DNA of 64,000 bases from an uncultured cyanobacterium (lineage in GTDB: Bacteria > Cyanobacteriota > Cyanobacteriia > Cyanobacteriales > Nostocaceae), in NCBI GenBank assembly GCA_963740315.1, contig CAVUDP010000004.1:576001-640000 (forward strand), given 5' to 3'. Both the position numbers and the translations under genes were made by a program. A model generated the notes under the pieces. That model worked only from the letters and a program-made list of their open reading frames with translations, was not told the origin of the DNA and made no database searches. Shown here piece by piece: positions 19,508 to 31,424 of the stretch (positions within the stretch are counted from its first letter, which is position 1; each line of letters opens with the position of its first letter).

Positions 19508-20248
19508 CTAAAGCTGCCCAAATAATTCTTTAACTTGTTCCCAAGCATCTTTCTCTGCTGTTGGATTATAGCTAGCACGGCGATCGCAAAAGAAACCGTG
19601 GTTGGCATCTTGGTAACGAAATACACGATGTGGTACAAGATATTTTTCTAATTCGGCTTCGATTTGGTCTACTTGCTCTGTAGGAACACTGGAATCTTCC
19701 ATACCAAAAAAGGCATAAAGCATACCTTGAATTTCTGAAGTAACATTTATAGTAGGTGCGCCTCCACCGGGAGTAGTGGTAGTTATACGAGCGCCGTAAA
19801 ATGAAGCGGTAGCTTTTATATCGGCTAAACTGGCGGCAATATATGCTACATGACCGCCGAAACAAAAACCAATGCAGCCAAAAGCATCTTTTTTTACTTC
19901 GGGTAAGGTTTTTAGATAGTCTATAGCCGATTGAATATCCTTTAAAAGTTCCGAGGCTTTAGTTTGTCCCCAAGCATAATTTTTACCTACTTCTATGTCT
20001 TCGGGGCTATAGCCAGTAGCAAAGCCAGGTGCTTGACGTTGAAATAAAGCAGGGGCAATTGCAATATATCCTTGCTTTGCGATACGTTCTGTAACGGACT
20101 GTATGTGTTCGTTAACTCCAAATATCTCTTGCAATACTACAATTCCCGGATAGCTGCCTTTTTCTTGAGGTTTTGCCAGATAAGCATCTATTTGCAGTGA
20201 ATCTGACGCTATCTTTACGGTTTTGGTGTCGATTGCAAGTTCTGTCAT
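19508..20248 (-). CDS. Dienelactone hydrolase family protein
   Basis: QEIFGVN, GFCFGG nucleophile and HGFFCD. Confidence 0.92.
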   Translation of the reverse strand: MTELAIDTKTVKIASDSLQIDAYLAKPQEKGSYPGIVVLQEIFGVNEHIQSVTERIAKQGYIAIAPALFQRQAPGFATGYSPEDIEVGKNYAWGQTKASELLKDIQSAIDYLKTLPEVKKDAFGCIGFCFGGHVAYIAASLADIKATASFYGARITTTTPGGGAPTINVTSEIQGMLYAFFGMEDSSVPTEQVDQIEAELEKYLVPHRVFRYQDANHGFFCDRRASYNPTAEKDAWEQVKELFGQL

Positions 20249-20462
20249 AATAGTTTTTACCAGTGTGGTGTAATTATTAGATATAGTTATGCCAGTAATG
20301 AGAAACCATTACTTATAAAATTATCAACTTAGTAATAACGTTCCTTAAGGAGAAATTCTTCCTTCTAAAATTCAATGTATAAATAAGATATTTAGAATTA
20401 GGCACGCAACTAGCACCGATTTTTACCGCTTCCTTAAGCTATTAGCACCCCTCTTAAAGGTG

Positions 20463-21449
20463 ATGATTCAATTCCGCATTCAGCCAGATAGTGAAATTCC
20501 TGCATCGACTCAGCTGTTCAATCAAATTCGATTCGCGATCGCATCGCGGCAATATCCCCCAGCTTATAAATTGCCTTCAACCAGAGCGTTGGCGATGCAA
20601 ACCGGGTTGCATCGCAATACTATTAGCAAAGTTTACCGCCAATTGGAGGAAGATGGACTTGTAGAAAGTCTGGCTGGTTCGGGAATTTACGTCCGCGCTC
20701 AAGGACATGAGGGCGGTAGCAAGCTACAATCGCCGATTCTTAAACAACATCCCGAAGCATACAAAATTGTTCAGAAGGCTCTCGATGAACTACTTGCTCA
20801 AGGTTGTTCGCTCAATCAAGCCCGCGAGATATTTCTGGCTGAAATTGATTGGCGGTTGCGTTGTAGTGCGCGGGTACTGGTAGCGGTACCGACTCAGGAT
20901 ATCGGTGCTGGCGAATTAATAGTACAAGAATTAGAACAAGCACTACAGATACCAGTACAGTTAGTTGCTACCGAAGAATTATCTGCCCTATTAGATAAAA
21001 CTACCTCGGCAACGGTTGTTACAAGCCGATATTTTATCGGTGAAGTAGAAGCAATTGCAGCACCTAGAGCAGTACGTGTAATTCCTCTTGATATCCACGA
21101 TTACGCCAAAGAATTCAATATTGTTAAAAATTTATCAAAAGACAGTTGTATCGGCATTGTCAGCCTTAGTTCCGGAATTCTCCGAGCAACAGAAGTAATT
21201 CTCCACGGTTTGCGAGGGGACGAAATATTGGTGATGACTTCACAACCAAAAGATAGCTATAAGTTAGGCGCAATAGTCAAGCGGGCACAAATAATTTTTT
21301 GTAGTGATGAGAGTAGTTATGGAGCCGTACAAGGTGCGATGCAAATGGCTATAGAAGACATCATTCGTCCACCCAAACTAGTTTACTGTGAGAATTATAT
21401 CGGGGGGAAATCGATTAATCTACTTAAAAGAGAATTGGGATTAGATTAA
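20463..21449 (+). CDS. plmA: GntR-family regulator PlmA
   Basis: MIQFRIQPDSEIPASTQL...LPSTRALAMQTGLHRNTISKVY; cyanobacterial PlmA-type GntR of about 330 aa. Confidence 0.85.
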   Translation: MIQFRIQPDSEIPASTQLFNQIRFAIASRQYPPAYKLPSTRALAMQTGLHRNTISKVYRQLEEDGLVESLAGSGIYVRAQGHEGGSKLQSPILKQHPEAYKIVQKALDELLAQGCSLNQAREIFLAEIDWRLRCSARVLVAVPTQDIGAGELIVQELEQALQIPVQLVATEELSALLDKTTSATVVTSRYFIGEVEAIAAPRAVRVIPLDIHDYAKEFNIVKNLSKDSCIGIVSLSSGILRATEVILHGLRGDEILVMTSQPKDSYKLGAIVKRAQIIFCSDESSYGAVQGAMQMAIEDIIRPPKLVYCENYIGGKSINLLKRELGLD

Positions 21450-21477
21450 CTAAATGGGCATCGGGCATAGAAAATAA

Positions 21478-21540
21478 TTAGGAATTAGGAGTTAGGAATT
21501 AGGAATTAGGAGTTAGGAATTAGGAGTTAGGAATTAGGAA
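21478..21540. repeat. STRR heptamer tandem repeat (TTAGGAR)x9
   Basis: Nine tandem TTAGGAA/TTAGGAG units. Confidence 0.9.
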
Positions 21541-21643
21541 TTGAAAATTGTTTTTCCCCCGAACCCCATCCCCCCATCTCCCCCGAACCCCATCCCCTTG
21601 TCTCCCCATCTTCCTATGCCCAATGCCCAATGCCCAAATACGA

Positions 21644-22525
21644 TCATGCAGAAAGCAGCATGGGTAATTGTAAAAACTTGCTGACTGTTTCTAGGTAAGT
21701 ATTGGGATCTTCTAACATGGGAAAATGAGCCGTATTAGGAATCATGACATACTCAACTCGATCGCTCAATACCGCTGCTTTTCGTCCCATTTCAGCAGGG
21801 ATGATTTTATCGTATTCCCCAGATACTAATAAAGTCGGTACTTTAAGTTTGGCAAATTCTTGCGGCATTAACTCAGACTGAGCTTTACTAACCGAAGTAT
21901 AAATTGTGTTTAAAGCTGCTTCGCGATCGGCTATGAGAAAGTCTTCTAAAAAAGCCTGACGATCGGCTGCTTTTATAGGGCGATACAGAAATCGCGCCAT
22001 AAACATTCTGTCAACCAATGGAATTTTCGCCAACCATTGAGGACGAACTTTGACAACGTAACCACCAAATTTGTGAAAAGCGTCGAAAGCTTGCTTGTCG
22101 TACTCGAAAATACCGCTACAAGTCAAAATTGCTTTTTCTACACGTTCTTGATATTGGTTAAGAAACAAAGTGGCGATCGATGCGCCCATTGAATGAGCAT
22201 TAATGTAAACGCGCTGCAACTGCAATCGATCGAGTAAAGCGATTAAATCCTGGGCATATTCTTCTAACTCGTAAGTTAAATCTATTACTGCTTCTGACTG
22301 AATGGATTCTGCTTCAACAATAGGTTTTCCACGGGAACGTCCAAATCCCCGCATATCGTAAAGCAAACAATCAAACTGCTTCGACAAAACTTGAGCAGTA
22401 GTTTCCCAATATCGAGCGCTACCTGCCCAACCGTGGATAAACACCATTACTGGTTTTTCCGAACCATCAGATTGTTTAATCCACTCGTAGTAATGTTCTA
22501 CGCCACGAACCTTAATATAAGCCAT
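21644..22525 (-). CDS. Alpha/beta fold hydrolase
   Basis: HGWAGS, YDMRGFGRS, AHSMG and AHFPMLE. Confidence 0.9.
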   Translation of the reverse strand: MAYIKVRGVEHYYEWIKQSDGSEKPVMVFIHGWAGSARYWETTAQVLSKQFDCLLYDMRGFGRSRGKPIVEAESIQSEAVIDLTYELEEYAQDLIALLDRLQLQRVYINAHSMGASIATLFLNQYQERVEKAILTCSGIFEYDKQAFDAFHKFGGYVVKVRPQWLAKIPLVDRMFMARFLYRPIKAADRQAFLEDFLIADREAALNTIYTSVSKAQSELMPQEFAKLKVPTLLVSGEYDKIIPAEMGRKAAVLSDRVEYVMIPNTAHFPMLEDPNTYLETVSKFLQLPMLLSA

Positions 22526-22608
22526 GCATCAAAAATTAAATATCAAAAACAAAAAATTAGAAGTTAAGAATTAATTCCTAACTTCTAACTTTTAATTCCT
22601 AACTATAT

Positions 22609-23961
22609 TTAAGCTGATTCAGGCTTCGGTAGGGAAGAGGGATGAACCAATAGTTCTGCCGTGGAACGTTTCTCTACCATGTCTTGCGTCACCGTACAAA
22701 TAGTTACATCTTTACGGGAAGGTAACTCGTACATTATATCCAGCATCAGTTCTTCTACAATCCCTCGCAAAGCTCTAGCACCAGTCTTACGACGATAAGC
22801 TTCTTGAGCTATAGCTTTGAGAGCTTCTGCATTAAACTCTAACTGGACGTTATCCATATTCAAGAGTTTTTGATACTGCTTGACTAAGGCGCTACGGGGC
22901 TTAGTTAATATCGCCATCAGCGCTTCTTCATCAAGTGGATCTACTACCGCTACCATTGGTACCCGTCCAATAAATTCCGGTATCATCCCAAACTTAACTA
23001 AGTCTCCCGGTTCCAAATGGCGCACGGTATTTGCTACCCGCTTTTCCTTTGTTTGCCCTTCTCCTGGCTGCAAAAAGCCAATTGACTTTTTACCAGTTCT
23101 TTGTTCTACTACTTTCTCCAAGCCGACGAAAGCACCACCGCAGACGAATAGAATATTACTCGTATCAATCTGGATGCAGTCCTGATAAGGGTGCTTGCGT
23201 CCTCCTTGGGGTGGTACGTTAGCAACGGTTCCTTCAAGCATTTTTAGCAAAGCTTGCTGTACGCCTTCCCCAGAAACATCCCGCGTTATCGAGGGGTTTT
23301 CACTCTTGCGAGCAATTTTGTCAATTTCGTCGATGTAGATAATTCCTCGTTGTGCTTCTTCAACGTCTAAATCGGCAACCTGCAACAGCCGCAGCAGAAT
23401 ATTTTCTACATCTTCCCCTACATAACCGGCTTCCGTCAGAGTAGTAGCATCAGCGACAGCAAAGGGTACATCAAGAATTTTCGCTAAGGTTTGCGCCAGT
23501 AGAGTTTTACCGCACCCAGTAGGACCAATCAACAAAATATTCGATTTTTGAAGTTCTACTGGTTCCTCGCCCTCCTCTTTCGATCCCCCTTTAGACCCGT
23601 TAATCAGTGACAATCTTTTATAGTGATTGTATACCGCGACTGAAAGCACTTTCTTGGCTTCTTCTTGACCAATAACGTGTTCGTCTAAGTAATTTTTAAT
23701 CTCTCGCGGTTTGGGTATTTGATTAAACGAGAGACTGGCAGAGCGGGTACGGCGTTTTTCGGGCGGTTCCGAACGTGGTGTTGGCTGCGAAGCAGCAGTT
23801 GCACCATTTGTATCGAGCAATTCCTCATCTAATATTTCATTACATAAGTCAACGCACTCATCGCAGATGTAGACTCCAGGTCCGGCGATTAGCTTACGTA
23901 CCTGCTCTTGAGATTTGCCACAAAATGAACATTTTAAATGGGAATCGTACTTACCTGTCAT
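22609..23961 (-). CDS. clpX: ATP-dependent Clp protease ATP-binding subunit ClpX
   Basis: CSFCGK zinc finger, GPTGCGKT and [14 protein letters not shown]. Confidence 0.97.
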   Translation of the reverse strand: MTGKYDSHLKCSFCGKSQEQVRKLIAGPGVYICDECVDLCNEILDEELLDTNGATAASQPTPRSEPPEKRRTRSASLSFNQIPKPREIKNYLDEHVIGQEEAKKVLSVAVYNHYKRLSLINGSKGGSKEEGEEPVELQKSNILLIGPTGCGKTLLAQTLAKILDVPFAVADATTLTEAGYVGEDVENILLRLLQVADLDVEEAQRGIIYIDEIDKIARKSENPSITRDVSGEGVQQALLKMLEGTVANVPPQGGRKHPYQDCIQIDTSNILFVCGGAFVGLEKVVEQRTGKKSIGFLQPGEGQTKEKRVANTVRHLEPGDLVKFGMIPEFIGRVPMVAVVDPLDEEALMAILTKPRSALVKQYQKLLNMDNVQLEFNAEALKAIAQEAYRRKTGARALRGIVEELMLDIMYELPSRKDVTICTVTQDMVEKRSTAELLVHPSSLPKPESA

Positions 23962-23970
23962 ACCAGCCTC

Positions 23971-24675
23971 TTATTTCACACTAGTGACGTTTTCCCCTGC
24001 TGGGGGAAGATTTTGCCTAGAGATAACCTGGTCGATTAACCCGTAGTTTTTAGCTTCGTTCGCTGACATGAAAAAATCTCGTTCGGTATCAGCTTCTATT
24101 TTTTCTAATGGTTGACCAGTATGAGATGCTAAAATCTCATTCAACTTAGCTTTATGATAAAGAATTTCTTTAGCTTGGATTTCTATATCCACCGCTTGTC
24201 CCTGGGCACCGCCCAAAGGTTGGTGAATCATAATCCGCGAATCTGGAAGAGACATCCGCTTACCAGCGGTTCCTGCCGTTAGCAATAAAGCACCCATGCT
24301 AGCAGCTAATCCAAAACATATAGTTACTACATCTGGACGGATTTGCTGAATTGTATCATAAATTGCCATGCCTGCGGTAACTGAGCCACCAGGGGAATTT
24401 ATGTAAATTTGAATATCTTTTTCTGAGTCATCGGCATCTAGAAACAGTAGCTGGGCAACAAGCGAGTTGGCAACTGCATCATCGATGGGAGTTCCTAAGA
24501 AAATAATCCGCTCTCGCAGGAGACGCGAATAGATGTCAAAAGCTCGTTCCCCCATGCCTGATTGTTCTACTACCGTTGGTAGCATTGAACTAGACTGCGG
24601 GCGATCGCTTTGCGAATAAATAAATAGTTGATTCAAACTACTAACTGGGTCATTTCCCGACTGCGATACTAACAT
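23971..24675 (-). CDS. clpP: Clp protease proteolytic subunit
   Basis: [29 protein letters not shown] and MIHQP; start probably ATG 24675. Confidence 0.95.
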   Translation of the reverse strand: MLVSQSGNDPVSSLNQLFIYSQSDRPQSSSMLPTVVEQSGMGERAFDIYSRLLRERIIFLGTPIDDAVANSLVAQLLFLDADDSEKDIQIYINSPGGSVTAGMAIYDTIQQIRPDVVTICFGLAASMGALLLTAGTAGKRMSLPDSRIMIHQPLGGAQGQAVDIEIQAKEILYHKAKLNEILASHTGQPLEKIEADTERDFFMSANEAKNYGLIDQVISRQNLPPAGENVTSVK

Positions 24676-24964
24676 AAAGAAATAATTGGCTTTTAAGACA
24701 ACAGGTGACAGCAATTGCTGCTATAAATAACGCGGATTGAATTTTTATAAGACAGTATGTGTTAACCATTATGCCTTATATAAATTACTCGTGTGTGGAT
24801 AAAATCAATTTTTTGAAGGCTGTAAGATATCCTGTTGTCAGTTTTAACTTTTGTTAAAATTATTACTTACCTTCTTTGAAAATTGAAGCTATTAGCTAGC
24901 TCTAGGCGATCGGACAGGGTATATATTTTTATTTTAGACCGATTGCCGATCGCTATAATTTTCA

Positions 24965-26401
24965 TCATTCTTCTACTGTTGCCGAGACAGCTTCCTCGTC
25001 AGAATTATTTTCGTTGTCAAGTTCTTCAACCTCTACAGTTTCTTCGTCTGTATCAGTTTCTTGAGGATTCAAAGAGCCTTCAGGTACGAGTTCAATCGAA
25101 GAACGTTCCAAAAGCCAATCGACTATTTTCTCAGTTAACAATTCATTTTCCACTACTTCTTGTACTTTATCCGGGTCAACATCCTGCTCGGAATATTCTT
25201 CAATAATTTCTTTTTTTCTGGCTTCAATTTCTGACTCGGTGGCTTCGATAGATTCAAGTTTGCCAACTTCGCGCAGAGCAAGAGTTCTTTGCAGCCTGTC
25301 AACGGCTTCGGGACGGGAACGCTGGCGCAATTGAGGAATAGTATCTTGGTTGAACAATTTCTTCACATCCAAACCCTGCTGGCTTAGGCGGACTGCTGTT
25401 TGAGTCAGCATTGCATCAACTTCTTGCTGAATCATCGTTTCAGGTAAGTCGAATGTGGCGATCTTAACTAACTCGTTCAACAAAGCTTCTTGTTTTTTCG
25501 CCTTAGCATTATCTTCGGCTTCTTTTTTAAACCGTTCTTCTAAGGAACTACGTAATTCGGCTATTGTCTCAAATTCGCTAACTTCTTGAGCAAAATCATC
25601 ATTTAATTCGGGTAGCTCTTTTTCCTTAAGTTCTTTGAGCGTTACCGTAAATTTAGCTGCTTTTCCGGCGAGTTCTTCATTGGCGTAGGGATCGGGAAAC
25701 TGAGCCGAAATTTCTTTGGTTTCGAGGGCATTCATTCCTACTATGCCTGTAATGAAGCCGGGAATAAATTTATCTTCTTCCAAGTCAACCTGAAAGTCGG
25801 TAGCTTCCGCACCGGGGATCGATTCGAGTTCGGCTTCTGGATCTGCACCTTCTTCGGGAGCCAAAAAGCCTTTAAAATCTAAAATCGAAGTGTCTCCCAA
25901 TTGTGCCGGACGACCTTCCACAGGAATCAATGTCGCCATCTGCTGACGCTCGTTTTCCAAAACTTTATCTATTTGTTCGGTATCGTATTTAACTTCCTCA
26001 GCTTTGAACTGCAAACCCGAATATTCGCCCAAGCTAACTTGAGGTGGTACATCTACCGCAGCCGAAAAAATTAAAGGCTTTCCTGGTTCATAATTGTTTA
26101 CTAATTCTTCAAACGAAGAGCGTAACTCAGGCTGACCGATCGCTTCAATATTCTCTTGCTTTACCGCTTCACCAATACCATCTTGAATCAATTCTTCGAG
26201 CGCCGCAGCTTTGATGCGAGTTTTACCCAAGCGCTGTAGCAATATCTGCCGAGGCACCTTTCCTTTGCGAAATCCAGAAATATTGGCTTCCCGAGCGTAA
26301 TTTTGAATTACCTTTTCGTAGCTTTGCTTGGTTTTTTCCGGCGCAATTTCGATTTCTAGACCGATTTGACTGGCTGGCAGTTTTTCCTGGGTAACTTTCA
26401 T
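24965..26401 (-). CDS. tig: Trigger factor
   Basis: GFRKGKVP ribosome-binding motif and FKBP domain; tig-clpP-clpX order. Confidence 0.96.
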   Translation of the reverse strand: MKVTQEKLPASQIGLEIEIAPEKTKQSYEKVIQNYAREANISGFRKGKVPRQILLQRLGKTRIKAAALEELIQDGIGEAVKQENIEAIGQPELRSSFEELVNNYEPGKPLIFSAAVDVPPQVSLGEYSGLQFKAEEVKYDTEQIDKVLENERQQMATLIPVEGRPAQLGDTSILDFKGFLAPEEGADPEAELESIPGAEATDFQVDLEEDKFIPGFITGIVGMNALETKEISAQFPDPYANEELAGKAAKFTVTLKELKEKELPELNDDFAQEVSEFETIAELRSSLEERFKKEAEDNAKAKKQEALLNELVKIATFDLPETMIQQEVDAMLTQTAVRLSQQGLDVKKLFNQDTIPQLRQRSRPEAVDRLQRTLALREVGKLESIEATESEIEARKKEIIEEYSEQDVDPDKVQEVVENELLTEKIVDWLLERSSIELVPEGSLNPQETDTDEETVEVEELDNENNSDEEAVSATVEE

Positions 26402-27183
26402 ACACTTGTCTCTACTTTCTGCTAATTTTTTTACTGTAAGTTCGCTAACGCCTTATCCGCCGCTAGGTCGAAGGAAATTTATATTGCTATTTCCTTACAA
26501 TTCCCAAAAAATTCCTTTCTAGAAAAAAGCCCGGAGCCAATTACTAAGCTAAGTTTGGTGCCGTCTTCTTCAATAGAACGATTACAAGGGCATCCCTTCA
26601 ATGGGGGTTCTTACTGAGGGGGTGCGTCACCGTGATATCCTAATCAATACAACTCTTGAAGTAAAACTATCTCAAGAATATTTGGGCTTTTATGCAAGAG
26701 CCGAGTTAAAGCTCGTCCTCAAACATAATCCGGTGAATTATATCATTGTTATTCGCCCCTGCACAGCTTGGGGTTCATCTGAATCATAGTACATCAATCC
26801 CCAAGGTCAACGCCGTTTTTACAATCTCCCGAATTAGCCTGCTATGTAGCAATGCCAAAAAAATTAAGTTTTCTTTTTACTTCTTAGAATAAATATGGTG
26901 TATAATATATACTTTATATATTAATAAAATATTGAGTAGTTAACTAATTAATAATTGTTGTAAAGTACAGCATTGTGGTGTTCGTAGTAGGTAAGAGAAT
27001 AAATGTATATTTATCAAAGAATAAATTATAAAAAGATAAAAATAATAAATATAGTATAGTTTTTTGTGATATTGAAAATAATTTAGAAATGGGATGAAAT
27101 TCGTTTAAGTGCAATTAAGATTTTTCGGTATGAATGTATTTATGAACAATTGCAGATAGAATTTTTGGGAGGAGGAAGTTAAT

Positions 27184-28215
27184 TTGCAGACCGCCTATCG
27201 TGTAGCTATTTTAGGAGCAACTGGTGCTGTAGGCACTGAATTGCTAGAATTACTCGGAGAACGAAATTTTCCTTTAGCCGATTTAAAATTATTAGCTTCA
27301 GAACGCAGTGCGGGGAAAAAACTGCCGTTTAAAGGGGAAAATTTAACAGTAGAAGCGGTAAGTGAAGCCGCCCTGCAAAATGTAGATTTGGTATTGGCTT
27401 CTGCTGGCGGTTCGATTTCTAAAGTCTGGGCACCCATAGCAGTAGAAAAAGGTGCGGTGGTAATTGACAATTCCAGCGCTTTCCGGATGAATCCCGAAGT
27501 TCCTTTAGTTGTGCCAGAAGTAAATCCACAAGCAGCTGCTAAACATAAGGGTATTATTGCTAATCCTAATTGCACCACTATTTTAATGTCGGTGGGAATA
27601 TTTCCATTGCATAAAGTAAAGCCAATCAAACGTATTGTTGTGGCTACTTACCAGTCTGCTAGCGGTGCGGGTGCAAAGGCGATGGAAGAGGTAAAGAACC
27701 AAAGTATAGATATTTTAGAAGGAAAAGAGCCTGTGGCAAAGGTTTTTCCTTACCCCTTGGCATTTAACTTGTTCCCACACAATTCTCCATTAGATTCGAC
27801 GGGGTATTGCGAAGAAGAATTAAAGATGGTTAACGAAACCCGCAAAATTTTTAACAATCAAGATATTAAAATTACTGCAACTTGCATTAGGGTTCCCGTA
27901 TTACGCGCTCATTCAGAGGCAATTAATTTAGAATTTGAAACACCTTTTGATATAGAGGAAGCAAGAAGAATTTTAAGTGAATCTCCTGGTGTAAAATTAG
28001 TAGAAGATTGGCAAAAAAATTATTTTCCCATGCCTATAGAAGCGACAGGTAAGGATGAAGTATTGGTAGGAAGAATTCGTCAGGATATTTCTCATGAATG
28101 CGGCTTGGAACTATGGTTATGTGGCGACCAAATCCGCAAAGGTGCTGCTTTGAATGCAGTTCAAATCGCCGAATTACTAGTAGAGAAAAATCTAATTAAT
28201 CCTGAAGCTGTATAG
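27184..28215 (+). CDS. asd: Aspartate-semialdehyde dehydrogenase
   Basis: GATGAVG, NPNCTT and DQIRKGAALNAVQIAE; TTG start after GGAGGAGG. Confidence 0.96.
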   Translation: MQTAYRVAILGATGAVGTELLELLGERNFPLADLKLLASERSAGKKLPFKGENLTVEAVSEAALQNVDLVLASAGGSISKVWAPIAVEKGAVVIDNSSAFRMNPEVPLVVPEVNPQAAAKHKGIIANPNCTTILMSVGIFPLHKVKPIKRIVVATYQSASGAGAKAMEEVKNQSIDILEGKEPVAKVFPYPLAFNLFPHNSPLDSTGYCEEELKMVNETRKIFNNQDIKITATCIRVPVLRAHSEAINLEFETPFDIEEARRILSESPGVKLVEDWQKNYFPMPIEATGKDEVLVGRIRQDISHECGLELWLCGDQIRKGAALNAVQIAELLVEKNLINPEAV

Positions 28216-28468
28216 GTTTGCGTGTAGTAAAATATGAGAGTAAATATCATAAATTATCATAATAGTAAAGATATAATTGTAAAAATATAATTTAAATTAT
28301 TAAAGCATAAATTGACTGGCTCGATATTAATTAATCAATATTAAATTGAGGATCAAATAATGAATGAGGTCTTGTTTGCCCTTGAAAAAGAGATGGCTTT
28401 GGGGTTATTAAATATATACAGCCACTAACAAATGTTGAAACTGCCGAATTGTAATTAGGAGTAAATTA

Positions 28469-29362
28469 GTGGTGGTAGACTTTGGGAAAGTGATAACTGC
28501 AATTGTTACGCCGTTTAAGGAAGACGGCAGTGTAAATTACCATGTTGCAGAAAAGCTAGCAGCACATCTAGCCGATAACGGTACGGATACATTTGTAGTA
28601 TGCGGAACAACGGGTGAATCTCCTAGCATGACTTGGGATGAAGAATACCAATTGTTCAAAGTAATATTGCAAGCCGTATCAGGTAAAGCAAAAGTAATTG
28701 CCGGATGTGGCTCCAATTCCACAAAAGAAGCAATGGCGGCTACACAACAAGCAGCTAAAATAGGAGTACATGGTTCATTGCAAGTTGTACCTTATTACAA
28801 CAAACCCCCACAAGCTGGACTTTATCGCCATTTTCAAGCGATAGCCGAAGCTGCACCAGAGCTACCGTTGTTGTTATACAATATCCCAGGTCGTACTGGT
28901 CAAAACCTACAGCCCCAAACATTAGCGCGTTTAGCTGAGATAGAAAATATTGTTGGTATCAAAGAATCAACTGGAAATATAGATCAAGCAAGTGAAATGC
29001 GACGCTTGACACCACCAGAATTTCAGATTTACTCTGGTGATGATTACATGACCTTGCCTTTGTTATCTATTGGGGCAAAAGGTGTAGTCAGCGTAGCTTC
29101 TCATCTGGTAGGTTTGCAACTACAGCAGATGATTCAGGCTTTTTGTAGTGGTAAAGTTCAAGCTGCTAGCGAGATTCATCTCAGACTTTTTCCATTGTTC
29201 AAAGTTTTATTTGCAACTGCGAATCCCATTCCGCTTAAAACAGCTTTAAATCTCCAAGGGTGGGAAGTTGGTTCAACTCGTTTACCTTTATACGAAGCTG
29301 AATTTGAATTCACTCAACAATTAGAAGCAGTTCTCCAAGAATTAGATTTGAACAAAGTTTAA
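28469..29362 (+). CDS. dapA: 4-hydroxy-tetrahydrodipicolinate synthase
   Basis: GTTGES, PYYNKP, YNIPGRT and GIKES. Confidence 0.96.
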   Translation: MVVDFGKVITAIVTPFKEDGSVNYHVAEKLAAHLADNGTDTFVVCGTTGESPSMTWDEEYQLFKVILQAVSGKAKVIAGCGSNSTKEAMAATQQAAKIGVHGSLQVVPYYNKPPQAGLYRHFQAIAEAAPELPLLLYNIPGRTGQNLQPQTLARLAEIENIVGIKESTGNIDQASEMRRLTPPEFQIYSGDDYMTLPLLSIGAKGVVSVASHLVGLQLQQMIQAFCSGKVQAASEIHLRLFPLFKVLFATANPIPLKTALNLQGWEVGSTRLPLYEAEFEFTQQLEAVLQELDLNKV

Positions 29363-29636
29363 ATCATGTAGCAGCGGATACAGTGTAAAATCCAATACAT
29401 ATTATAACTGTTAACGGGCTTGGTCTTTTAAAAAGTAAAGTATAGTGTTGCGATCGCTCGGTAAATTTAATAAGACGGCATTTTAAATCCGTTTTTTGAC
29501 AATTCAACATTAATTAAATCTTGCTAAAAGAAAGACTATGTAGGAAAGATAGCAATAAGAGTTCGTCTTATAAAAACTCTAATCAAGCTTTTAACTGCAA
29601 AGAAAAATCTAACTAACTTATTAACTAAGGAAAAAA

Positions 29637-31409
29637 ATGGCTAAAAAAGAAGCAACTTCTGCCCTTAAAATTATTCCATTGGGTGGACTGCATGAAATTG
29701 GAAAAAATACCTGCATTTTCGAGTATGAAGATGAAATTATTTTATTAGATGCTGGTTTAGGTTTTCCCAGCGAGCAAATGCACGGAGTTAATATTGTTCT
29801 ACCGGACATGACTTACGTGCGAGAAAATCGCCACAAAATTAAGGGTATGGTTGTTACCCACGGGCACGAAGACCATATTGGCGGTATTGCCTTTCACTTG
29901 AAACAGTTTGATATTCCTGTTATACACGGACCCAGACTGGCAATGGCAATGCTAGAGCGCAAATTAGAAGAAGCTGGAGTTCGCGATCGCACTGAATTAA
30001 GAAGCGTGAAACCCCGCGATATGGTGCGGATCGGAAACAATTTTTTGGTAGAGTATATCCGCAATACGCACAGTATTTGCGATAGTTTTAGCGTTGCAAT
30101 CCATACACCATTAGGAGTTGTGATTCACACGGGAGATTTCAAAGTTGACCATACCCCAGTAGATGGCGAACATTTTGATTTGCAACGGTTAGCCGAACAT
30201 GGTGAAAAAGGCGTACTTTGCTTGATGAGCGATTCTACTAACGCAGAAGTACCTGGTTTTACTCCTTCCGAGCGTTCGGTTTATCCAAACTTGGAAAAGA
30301 TTATCATGCAAACCGAAGGTAGACTTTTTATTACTACCTTCTCTTCTTCGGTACATCGCATCAACATGGTTTTGCAGTTGGCGCAAAAACATAACCGATC
30401 GGTATCTGTAGTTGGACGTTCGATGTTAAATTTGATTGCCCACGCTCGCAATCTTGGTTACATCAAATGCGAAGATAAACTATTTCAGCCTTTGCACGTT
30501 GCCCGTAGTTTGCCTGACGAAAAGGTATTGATTTTAACTACTGGTTCTCAAGGTGAGACAATGGCGGCAATGACCCGCATTGCTAGAGGAGAACACCCCC
30601 ATCTCAAGATTCGCGAAGGAGATACAGTTGCGTTCTCAGCTAATCCTATTCCCGGTAATACGATTGCGGTAGTTAACGTTATTGATAAATTAATGCAGCA
30701 GGGTGCAAATGTTATCTACGGTCGCGATAAAGGAATTCATGTTTCCGGTCATGGCTGTCAGGAAGACGAAAAGTTGATGATTGCCTTGACAAAGCCTAAA
30801 TTCTTCTTGCCCGTTCACGGCGAACATCGGATGTTAGTTAAGCATTCGCAGACAGCCCAAAGTATGGGTATCAGAGCCGAGAATATGGTGATTATTAATA
30901 ATGGCGACATTGTAAAATTGACCAACGATTCTATTAGTGTTGCAGGTTCTGTTCCATCAGGTTTGGAATTAGTAGATACTTCCGGTTCCGGCATGGTTAG
31001 CGATAAAGTCTTGTCAGAACGGCAACGTATGGCTGAAGAAGGTATTGTTACTGTTGCAGCGGCAGTTGACTGGAACGGTAAGATGTTGGCGAAGCCAGAG
31101 ATTCACCTGCGGGGTGTAGTTACCAGCATGGAAAAATCGATGGTGCAAAAATGGGTACAACAGCGATTCGAGGAAATACTCGCTTTACGTTGGGAAGAAC
31201 TTGCTCCCCCTTTGAACGGTCAAAAGCCAAATATGGATTGGAATGGTTTGCAAGAAGTGATAGAAGGCGATTTGGCGCGTAACTTGCGACGGGAGTTACG
31301 ATGTCAGCCTACAGTTACCTTGTTGATGCAGATTCCAGATGAACCACCTGCATCTTCGGATGGTAGAAGACGACGTACTCGTACTGCTGCTCAGCAAGTG
31401 GCATCGTAG
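29637..31409 (+). CDS. rnj: Ribonuclease J
   Basis: PLGGLHEIGKN, THGHEDHIG, HVSGH and PVHGE. Confidence 0.95.
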   Translation: MAKKEATSALKIIPLGGLHEIGKNTCIFEYEDEIILLDAGLGFPSEQMHGVNIVLPDMTYVRENRHKIKGMVVTHGHEDHIGGIAFHLKQFDIPVIHGPRLAMAMLERKLEEAGVRDRTELRSVKPRDMVRIGNNFLVEYIRNTHSICDSFSVAIHTPLGVVIHTGDFKVDHTPVDGEHFDLQRLAEHGEKGVLCLMSDSTNAEVPGFTPSERSVYPNLEKIIMQTEGRLFITTFSSSVHRINMVLQLAQKHNRSVSVVGRSMLNLIAHARNLGYIKCEDKLFQPLHVARSLPDEKVLILTTGSQGETMAAMTRIARGEHPHLKIREGDTVAFSANPIPGNTIAVVNVIDKLMQQGANVIYGRDKGIHVSGHGCQEDEKLMIALTKPKFFLPVHGEHRMLVKHSQTAQSMGIRAENMVIINNGDIVKLTNDSISVAGSVPSGLELVDTSGSGMVSDKVLSERQRMAEEGIVTVAAAVDWNGKMLAKPEIHLRGVVTSMEKSMVQKWVQQRFEEILALRWEELAPPLNGQKPNMDWNGLQEVIEGDLARNLRRELRCQPTVTLLMQIPDEPPASSDGRRRRTRTAAQQVAS

Positions 31410-31424
31410 ATTTGAATTTGAAAT

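Noticed and set aside
26420..26850. Possible ncRNA or 62-aa ORF upstream of tig
   Set aside because: It is slightly GC-richer than its flanks, but I could not recognise an RNA family, stable fold or protein motif.
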